A DNA stretch of 64,000 nt from the human T2T-CHM13v2.0 reference genome, Homo sapiens: assembly GCF_009914755.1 (NCBI RefSeq), contig NC_060932.1. The stretch is one strand, 5' to 3'. Both the position numbers and the translations under genes were made by a program. The notes below the pieces were generated by a model, which was not told where the DNA came from, did not search any database, and was given only the letters and a program-made list of their open reading frames with translations. Positions 54,230 to 64,000 of this stretch are shown here, in pieces; within the stretch, counting starts at the first letter, position 1, and every line of letters starts with the position of its first letter.

Positions 54230-54755
54230 AATTTCCTTTTCTTATATAAGCCCTGATTTTCCAATGGGAGATTCCATCTCCTCATCTCTGGCCATGTGAT
54301 TTACCTGGGGCTGACCTCTGCCTCTGGCTCCAGAGATAATCATATCCCACAGGCCTGCTCCATCATCCTGTGCTCCATCTCCTTGGTCACAGCGACTGAT
54401 TCAAGAATAGACATGCAATTCACACCAGCACGATGGATGTCGATCACGAAACATGTGTGGGAATGATTGGGAAATCTTTCTCTCTCACCTGGAGCTGCTG
54501 AGAAGACAGGGAATAAGGCTGGTAGAGCAGGGTCCACCATTAGGGCTCACAGAGAAGGCAACACAGAAGAGAATTAGCCAAGAGATGGAGAGATATTCCA
54601 GTGATGAAAGTATGAACACCTGGATGCAGCCAAGCTCAAAGCCAGTAACCCCTAGACTTCCTTAAGTTGTGTGAGCTTATAGTATAATTTATTTTCTTTA
54701 AGTGGATCTGAACTCAGTTTTTACTGCATATGACAAAAAGAGTCCTGACCAATAC
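54230..54755 (+). mobile_element. Old MLT1 (J/K-like) LTR
   Basis: tgaacacctggatgcagcc...ccctagacttcc...aaaagagtcctgaccaataca; start approximate. Confidence 0.6.
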
Positions 54756-55358
54756 ACTGCACTGGTACCATAATCTGGTGTTATTTTGTACATTTACTTT
54801 GGCTTCTAGGTGGTAACTTATGTCATGAAAAGAAGGGTCTAGACCTCTGGAATAGGGGACTGGCTGTGCGGGACATAAGTTTCCAGAAGGTATCCAGTTT
54901 GAGCCAGAAACTGGATTGCCAGACTTTAAGAGAGAGGCAGATACCAGGGCTTGTAGACGGTACCACATGCTAAAGGCAGCGAACACTGCATCCCAAAGTT
55001 TAGTCTTTCCATAGGTGTACTGTGTTCAATAGCAGAAAGACTTATTTCAACAGATAGTTGGACTGAGGCAGTTGATATACCTTCTCCCCCTGTTGGGTTT
55101 GGCTCAAGAACTCAAGCAACCTAAGATGGCAGATGGTGCTCAACCACAAGCCTCATGGTGGAAAGACAGAGGCAGAAGGAGATGGATGCTGGCACTGAGA
55201 CAGCCAAACAACACAAGTAAGGAAGGAACAAAAGGTGACTTTAGGACCAACATACCCTCAACACCCCCTGCCAGCCATAAATGACATAGTGGTAACAGGA
55301 AGTGACAAGTGAGATTTTAATGGAAAGCTGAGATCGCCTTCAGGTAAATTAGCAAGAT

Positions 55359-55505
55359 ATGGTGGTGATGTTGATAATGATGATGACGGTGGTTATTGTA
55401 GCAGTGGTGGTTATGATGGTGATGGTGGTACTGATTGTAATAATGATGGTGACTGTGCCAGTAGTAGTAGCAATGATGGTGGTGGAGGTGGTGGTGGTGG
55501 TAATG
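55359..55505. repeat. (GGT/GAT)n degenerate trinucleotide tract
   Basis: Seen directly in the sequence; adjoins an antisense MIR (about 55510-55745). Confidence 0.85.
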
Positions 55506-57149
55506 GACTGACAGTCACCATTTATCAAATGCTTACTATGATTCAGCATTGTACTAGACGATTATTTTAATTAATCCTTGCAAGAATGCTATGAAATAGG
55601 TATTAGAAGCCCTATATTACAAATGAGACAACATACTAAGAAAGATTACGTAATTTGCTTAAGAGCACACAGATAGTAAGTGGGAAAGGAGAAATTTAAA
55701 CCCAAGAGTGACCGACCTCAAAACCAGTGCTCTTAACCATTATGTTTAAACTCAACTTAAGCAGCCCCCAGAAGCCTATATTCCCTTTCTCTGTCTACTA
55801 CAATGTGCTTCTAACTCATCCTGGGCATTACAAACAATTTAGCACTTGTGTTTTCCTAAGTTCACAGCAGTTTTCAACACATCATCTATCCATGTGGTTT
55901 CCAGTCTTGCAAATAAGATAACTCTTTTTTAAAATCAAAATCTTTTGCATCTGCCTATATGACTATACTTGTTTTTTTAAATATAAGTGACCAAGAAAAT
56001 AAATGAAAAAGAGCTGTTCTAACAACACACAGTTTATTATACTATAAGTGAATAATTACAACAGCTTCTACTTGTCCTCAAAAGCAGTAAATTATGCACT
56101 TAAGTCAGAAACATTACTTATTTGGGCCATAATTGAGACTCCATGCATATGGGAATTGACTAACAACTCAGGGCTGGGAGGAATCCATCATGGGGCACCA
56201 TCTCATAGTTCCTTGGGAAATTTTTATGAAGAATATAAAAGCAAATTGTGTTGAACATCAGAGAACACCAGTGGATGGATGCTTGACCAGCTCAGCAACA
56301 TTCACAGACCTGGAAGCTTTTTCTTCTCCATTCTCACCCTTGGTGCTTTTTGGAGGGGCTCTAATATTCAGCAAATGTTTGGCTGACATGGCCAGGCATC
56401 AGGATTTTTATCCTAGCCTATTTATTGTTGGTGCATGACCACGGTCTAGACACTAACCCTCCCAGGAGCTCAGTTTCCTCACTTTAAAATGAGAACCTTG
56501 ATCTAGACATCTATGGGCCTTTTCAAGGACAATGTCTGATGCTATTTATGTTTTCACATCCAGCGTATTTCCCCAACACTGCTTCTTTATAAGTTCCTGC
56601 TATTTGTCATCAGAAAATGACCAGTATGTTAAAGTGCAACCAAAAAAGAACTCAAAATAAGATTTTTCAAAATATAATGTTCTACCGGAGAACTTGTCAA
56701 AAATGCCACTGTCTTGGTGAATAAGTCAAACAGTTCATCATTTCTTTCCAAAAGCCAATTTGAGCATGAAAGAGCAATATATTCTTTTTAAATAGTAGTT
56801 TTAACTATTTTAAGTCCTGGCCTAATTTTCCTCTCCAACTGCAGGAAGACATCTTCAAATGGCATCAATGATGCAAATTTTGCTCCCCCACCCCCCGCCC
56901 CATCTCACCCCACGCTCTCTACTTCAGTCCTGTGTACAGAACCACCCTCTGGTGGATGAAATTCTTCCTTTCGCACAGAAGGCCAAACAGGGATCTACCC
57001 CATGGTAAAAATTCATAAGGTTTGCAGCTTTCCATTCTTCTTCATTAAAAACCCTCAGTCAAATAATCCAGATCCATTCTGCAATTCATCTTCAACACAT
57101 GTCTATTCCGAGCTGGCAGAGCAATGCTGTACAAAGATGGTCCACAATG

Positions 57150-57340
57150 CATTAAGGACAGAAACTGAGAGTAAATATTTGGAAACATTGAAAGCAATTC
57201 AATATAGTCACAGTATCTGAGTGCATGATTGTTTTTCTAGTAATTCAGTTTTCATTGTATTGTACAAAAGTATTTGTCCACAAAAGATGGAAGCTTAACA
57301 ACACCCAAGTCCTTCACTACAAGTAGTTTAAAAAGCACTG
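57150..57340. mobile_element. hAT-Charlie fossil end (Charlie4-like)
   Basis: Ends gtccttcactacaagtagtttaaaaagcactg, resembling the Charlie4 terminus; boundaries approximate. Confidence 0.45.
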
Positions 57341-57439
57341 AGTAGATGATATGCATGCACAACTATAATATGATGGAAGAATTTTTGTAATGCTCAATCC
57401 AGTCACTCAGCATAAGCCTATTAGCCATTACAATGGAGG

Positions 57440-57680
57440 GTATGCAGGATGGTAAGGGCACTGACTCAGGAGTCAGACGGCATGAGTTCAAATCCTGGCT
57501 CTGACACTTACCAGGCAACCTTGAACGAGGTCTTTACCTGCTCTCAGGCTCAGTTTCTACATCTGTAAAATGAATACACTAATGAGAGTTATATAATTGC
57601 TGTGAAGATTAGATGAGATAAGATACACAAACTTGACCTGATGTCTGGTCTGTGGTAAGCACTCAGTGGCTGATGATAAG
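57440..57680 (+). mobile_element. MIR SINE
   Basis: ggagtcagacggcatgagttcaaatcctggctctg...ctcagtttctacatctgtaaaatg...gtaagcactcagt. Confidence 0.78.
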
Positions 57681-59893
57681 GAGGAGGAGCTGAGTGACTG
57701 AATAGATTGTAGTCCCTATTCTCTGGAGGCAGACAATGTATGCAAATAAATGCTCGTAGTAGGGAGAGAGCTGAGACAGCAGTAAGTGGGTGTATGGAGG
57801 TGGGACGGAGGAAAGAGAAGGGTGACTCTGCCTGGGGCATTCTGGGTGGGCTTTGTAGAAAACATGCCACCTGGTTAGGGATGGGAAAATTAAGTATAGT
57901 CTTCTAGGGAGACAACTGGGAAAAAAAATTCAAGCAGGGGGAAGAGCGTCTTCAAAGATACAGGAGTTGGATCATAATAGTGAGTTCTGAGATCCTCAGC
58001 AATTCAGCATGGCAGTATTATAAGGAAGGGGCAGAAAGAGTGGGTCTCTTTAGAAAAGGGATTGTAGTTCTTTCTTCTAGTCTTTCCATTACTCAACACA
58101 ATCCTGGCAAGAGTACTTAATCAATGCCTACAAAATGAATGAGGCTGTATGTCATGTGCATGATACAGGAGGTTTAGACTCTATCTTGAGGTCAACAAGA
58201 AGCCATTAAACAGTGGAGAAGGAGTAAAAGAAATGACCCCTCTGCTCATTTGAAGTATGAATCAGGGGTGGGAGAAAGGGAGTCAGGGAACCCAACTGCA
58301 CAAACTCTTTGAGATGGAGTTGTCCCTTTCTGGCTCCGATCTACAGGTGAGGAAATAAAGTTACAAAATTCAGTGACCTGCCCAGGGAAGGACTCATAGA
58401 CTTCACAGGTGCCAGGTCTGCCTGACCCCAAATCCCATGTCCATCCTCACTTAGCCCACAAAGGCCATCAACTGTTCTAACTATTCCTAATGAAAATTAT
58501 ATTTGCACCTAATAGATTTAGATCTGGTGATTTAGTCTTCAATTCACTCTCAACAGAGGTAGCTAAAAATGCCAAAAAGGATAAAAGTGTGGTGATGCAT
58601 TTTCAGTTACTAGAGTGTGTGTGTGCACGAGCACGTGTGTTTCTATGTTGCTTTGTGTTTGAACATTAGCTACATCCCCAACACACCCTGGCAAAGTGAA
58701 TGGCACCTGGAGGCACACATTCCAGCATACATGCGGAGGAGACTTTGAAACTCAGAGACATGACTAAGGGCAGATGCATCTGAGCTGTTTGTTTCCCCTT
58801 GAGGACAGAAACTCCAGTGTTCCCAGAAGAAGCTGAGAAGAGGTGCAGATTTGGAAAAGGGTGAGAAGGAGACAGGTGAGGGCAAAATTCAGTGAAGAGA
58901 AAGTTGAGTAGGCGGTGACAAGGGTAATTACCAATATCTGGGGGCAACAGAAAATTGCTGAAATCTGGGGCCAATGGGGATTCTGGATTCTAAGCTCATC
59001 TCTGGTCCTAATTCACTGTGTGTGACCTTGGGGATGTGCCTTCACTTCTGTAAGATGCAGTGACCGTTCCAAGTGAATTAAGGAGACGGAATGAGACTCA
59101 TGGTAAACTGATAAGCTGTCTGGTCATGACTATAAAATCAGTACAAGGATTTAAAGAAGGTAGAGATAATTTGGGGCAGAGGTTATCACTTCCTGGAGGT
59201 GGTGGCATTTGCAGGACTGAAAGGACTTTGCTATGCAGAATAGAGAAAGGATGTTCTACATGGAGATAACTGCATAAGGAAAGCCATGGAGAGTGAAGAA
59301 GTGTATGCAGAAGGCAGAGAAGATCTGAACCCTGTAGGAACAAAGGTGTGGGCTGGGAAAGATCCAAGAAAGAAAGGGATAGATGGGGTGGTACCAAATG
59401 ACAGGCAACATCAAAAAGGGCAGACAGAGACATTTGGATTCAAAGAGAAGCAACACTCTTGTGAATGCGATGTGCATAAAGGAAATAGCGGAACCATTCT
59501 CCATAGTTGTGCAACAGAGGCCTAAATAGAATCCCTACAGAATCCCTGGGTTTCACTGACCACCCACTCTGCACAGTACTATAAGCTAGGCACCTGTTCC
59601 AGAACCTGCGCAACTTCTGGGCACCTGCTACTGCTACACTCATAGGGAAAATGCACCCTTAGTCCCACCCCTTTCCCACTCCTTTCACCTGGCTAATTCT
59701 CCTCCCTTCCTTCTTTGCTCTTAGATGTGGCTTATTTTCCTCCAGAAAGCTTTATCTGACTCCCAGGCTGGGTTTACTCACTCGATTATTTAATGTAGTT
59801 TCATTGTACCCCTTAGTACATGTACTTTTATTGTACAAGTACTTAGTACTATGTACTGTAATTGTACATATACTTAGTACTATATACTGTGTT

Positions 59894-60191
59894 CTTTGCT
59901 TTTTGTTTTTGAGACAGGGTCTCACCTGTCCCCCAGGCTGGAGCACAGTGGTGCAATCAGGATTCACTGTAGCCTCAACCTCCTGGGCTCAAGTGATCCT
60001 CCCACCTCAGTTTCCCAAGTAGCTGAAACTACAAGAGCATGCCATCATCCCCAGCTAATTTTTGTACTTTTTGCAGAGATGGTATTTTGCCATGTTGCCC
60101 AGGCTAGTCTTGGACTCCTGGGCTCAAACAGTCCACCCACCTCAGCTTCCCAAAGTGCTGGGATTACAGGTGTGAGCCACTACACCCGGCC
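59894..60191 (-). mobile_element. Alu (AluJ)
   Basis: gagacagggtctc...cactgtagcctcaacctcctgggctcaagtgatcctcccacctcag (J diagnostic); TSD-like atatactgtgtt at 59882-59893 and 60199-60210. Confidence 0.92.
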
Positions 60192-61700
60192 AAGGGCCAT
60201 ATACTGTGTTGAGCACAAAAGAGCTGCCCTTCCTGGGGGCCCCGCAGCGCCACATGATCCCCTATATCATACCACTTATCACACTGTGATAAGTGGCAGA
60301 TTGAATGGTCTGTCTCTTCCACTGGACTGTGAGCTCCTTGAGATCAGGGATTCTATTTTATTAAACTGTGCCTCTCTAGAACAGAGCTTGGCACATAGCA
60401 TATGTTCATTAAATGTTAGCTGATGTGATTAATGAATGAAGGGCTGAATAAATAAATGGATAACAGATGAGCGTACAATCTACCTAAAGACAGACATGCA
60501 CACTAATACTGGGAATGAGTGGAGCAGCAGAAGTGGGGGTAAAAGCGGAGGCACCATCTCCTCAGTCTCAAGAATCCAGATTTGAACACTTGTGGTGCTG
60601 TAGGGAGGGATCATTTTGACATCCTGTGTCTCAGTGCTCAGACTGTGATGTGGAAAAAAGGTCAGAAGTTCTTAGCTGAATATGGAGGAGGAGGGATTAT
60701 GTTTGTAACTATGAACCTTAAAAATCAAACAACACAATGTAACAGAAAAGTGCAGTACTTTATGGTTGAGGAAGACTGAATTAGTCTCAAGTTTTTATTC
60801 TACCATTTATTACTCTTGAAAAATTGCATTATCCCTCCAAGGCTCAATTTCCTCATTTGCAAAAGGAGGACAACGATAGAACCCAACAAAGAAGCTTAGT
60901 GGAAAGATGAAATGAAATCGTGTATGAGAGGGGCTCGGGCTGGTGCCAGGCTCATAGTAAGTCCTCAGTCGATGGTGGCTTCAATGGTAATGAGGAAAAT
61001 CAAGATGGCAGGAGGAGGGACTAGGAAAAGATGGAGGGAGAGGGGCAGGGTTGGAGGTGGAGGGGGACTGCAGAGTTGGGAGGACTGAATAAGATTTTGT
61101 ATACTGAAGTGCCTTGCACACGCCTGGCACATACAAGCATCTCAACACCTGCTAGTCATCTTTCCCCTTCTTCATCCTTCCATAGGTTACGATTCTTCAC
61201 TTCTGAGACTGAGGTCCCCAGAGCAGAAAAGAAACAAATTTGTCAAAGGGTTTGTCAACCTCACAAATTCTGAGACAGAGGCAAGGGCGCCACCTACTGT
61301 ACAGCAGAGGCATTTTCCCAGCTCCTCAAAGGGTCATCTCTAAACAAGCCTTGCCTCTTTTATCAAACTGGCCTGACTTACCTGTCTTTATCTGTGGGGC
61401 AGCAGAAGGAACAACAGACTCAAGAGCAGGGGTGGAGTCAGTTGAGGATGGGAAGGTGCCAAACAAAACATCACCTTGGGAATATTCTGCCGTTTCCCTC
61501 TCTCACTCCCTCTTCTCTATCCCTAAAACATAAGTGAAGCTGACAATTGTCGCATAAATTTGGTTATCTCAGCAGAATCCCACTTTTCAGATCAATGCAT
61601 ACAAGAAGAGGGCTAGGGAAAGGACAGAAGCCATACCCAATGGCGTGCCTGAGCTAGGTGTCCAGTTTCATGTTTGTTTACTAACCCACAGTCACGGTAA

Positions 61701-62207
<507 letters not shown>

Positions 62208-62687
62208 TGACCCACAGGGCCTAGGAGAACTTTGCACTTGATGCTGCCCAAGGCCCCCATCCTCACTCATTTGTTGACTCAGTCTCACTAATTTTGGGGG
62301 GTTCTTTGTAGATGTCACATCTTCTGAAAAGCCTTCCTTATGGGCCACCCTGCCCCCAGCTGACAGGGTGAGGTGTACTGTCCCTACTCTGCTTCCAGCA
62401 TCACTCTGTTCTGGAATTATTTATGCATATTTACCTTCCATTAGACTGTGAGTTGTGTGTCATGGGGACTCTGTATCATTCATTCTTTGTCACAGAGCAC
62501 AGAAGCCCTTCAATTAATATTTGTTGAAATAATAGGAAGAGTAATCAATAATTAAATGTTCAGCAAATCAATGAGTGAGTGGAATGCCTGCACTAATCAT
62601 GTTTCTGCCACTTACTAATGCACAACTTTGGCCAGTGCTATATCTTTCTATCTCTTGCCTTCGTTTCTCACCTGTGAAATTAAAGTA

Positions 62688-63193
62688 CAGTTGATCCTTG
62701 AACAATACAGGCTGAATCGCACAAGTCCACTTATACACAGAGATTTTTTTCAATAAAAGTTACAGCAAGCGTGCCTGCCTGTCCTGCTTCCCCTTCTGTC
62801 TACTCTACCTCCTTTACCTCTGCCACTCCTGAGACAGCAGGATGAACCCCTTCTCTTTCTCCTCCCCCTCAGCCCACTTCATGTGAAGATGATGAGGATG
62901 AAGACCTTTATTATGATCCACTTCCACTTAAGGAATAGGAAACAGATTTTCTCTTCCTTATGATTTTCTTAATAACATTGTCTTTTCTCTAGCTTACTCT
63001 ATTGTAAGAACGCAATATACAATACATATAACATATAAAATGTGTGTTAAACAACTTTATGTTAGTGGTGAGGCTTCCAGTCAACAGTAGGCTTGTAGAA
63101 GTTAAGTTTGGGGACAGTAAAAATTTATATACAAATTTTCGACTGTGGGGAGGGTCAGCACTCCTAACTCCTGCATTGTTCTAGGGTCAATTG
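62688..63193 (+). mobile_element. Tigger2-family (TcMar) non-autonomous DNA transposon, inserted in a MIR
   Basis: TIRs cagttgatccttgaacaa / ttgttctagggtcaattg; TA TSDs at 62686-62687 and 63194-63195; core gatgaggatgaagacctttattatgatccacttccac. Confidence 0.9.
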
Positions 63194-64000
63194 TAATGAC
63201 AGATACTCCAAAGGATATAGCAGTGAAATATATCCTTTATAGAAGTAAAGTTCCTGCCCTTAAGAGCTCATAGTCTAGAGTGATGGGGAGGGACAGAAAA
63301 TTAACAAGCATTTACAATACAGGATAAATTTGAAAGCACAGAGTAGGAGCTTCCAGACCATTCTAGAATAAGGGATATGACAAATAAATATATGGAATGA
63401 CAAACAGTGAATAAATGTAGGGCAAGAAAGCAAAGCAGGGCAAAAGGCATGGGGAGTTTCATGTTGGAGAGGTTGGTTATGTCACATAAGATGGTCAGAA
63501 ATAGTCTCTCATAAGGAAATGAGAATGCAATACTGCAATTAGTTGAGGAAAAGGAATCCAAGGCAGAAAGGACAGCAAGTGCAAAGTATGAAGCCAGCCC
63601 AGGTGAGGGTGTCTGAGGGAAACCCTTGTATTTTTATGCTTTTTCTCTTGCATTCACTTCCCCAGGGGAGGACCCCAGAAGCTCCTACCAAATGTACCCA
63701 CTGCATCTGAAAGCAGCTTCTGCCTTCAGTATCTGAGGTCTTCCTACATGCCAGCTGAACTAAAAATCAGTTACCTGCAGGTCTTCTTTGCCTATTCTCA
63801 TTTGACCTAGGAGCCTGGGCAGCAAGTTTCCCGCCTCTTCCCTTCTGGTCTTCGTGATCTTCATCACTGAAAATCCCTTAAGGTAATGATCTTCTAAGGA
63901 CAGTGATCCCAAGGCAATGGGAGCCAATGGTGGAGACACATTATCAAATCTCCATTTTATAAAAATAAAACATATCAATTTGTCTGCAGTATGAACCACA

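Noticed and set aside
55349-55549. Thr/Ile-rich mucin-like ORF
   Set aside because: It is the translation of a degenerate (GGT/GAT)n tract.

Overview
Primate, human-like genomic DNA that is non-coding (intergenic or deep intronic) and dense in repeats. I recognise no host protein-coding gene, RNA gene or CRISPR-like array. The window opens inside a deleted, G-to-A hypermutated HERV-H provirus ending in a 3' LTR7 (3131-3530). The dominant feature is a near full-length L1PA2-type LINE-1 (27854-33826, +, 12-bp TSD). It has an open 1274-aa ORF2, an ORF1 shortened by 10 aa, an intact antisense ORF0, and lacks about 47 nt at the 5' end including the YY1 site. Other elements are a THE1D provirus with most of its 5' LTR lost, a solo LTR12, several MLT1/THE1/LTR33 LTRs, 8 Alus (three rearranged), hAT and Tigger DNA-transposon fossils, old L1/L2/MIR fragments and microsatellites. 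I find no evidence of a previously undescribed biological system. The best leads are the YY1-less, ORF2-intact L1, the LTR7up-like HERV-H LTR, and a 46-bp locally templated insertion whose direction can be read from the sequence. Family and subfamily calls come from remembered consensus sequences, not from a RepeatMasker or Dfam run.
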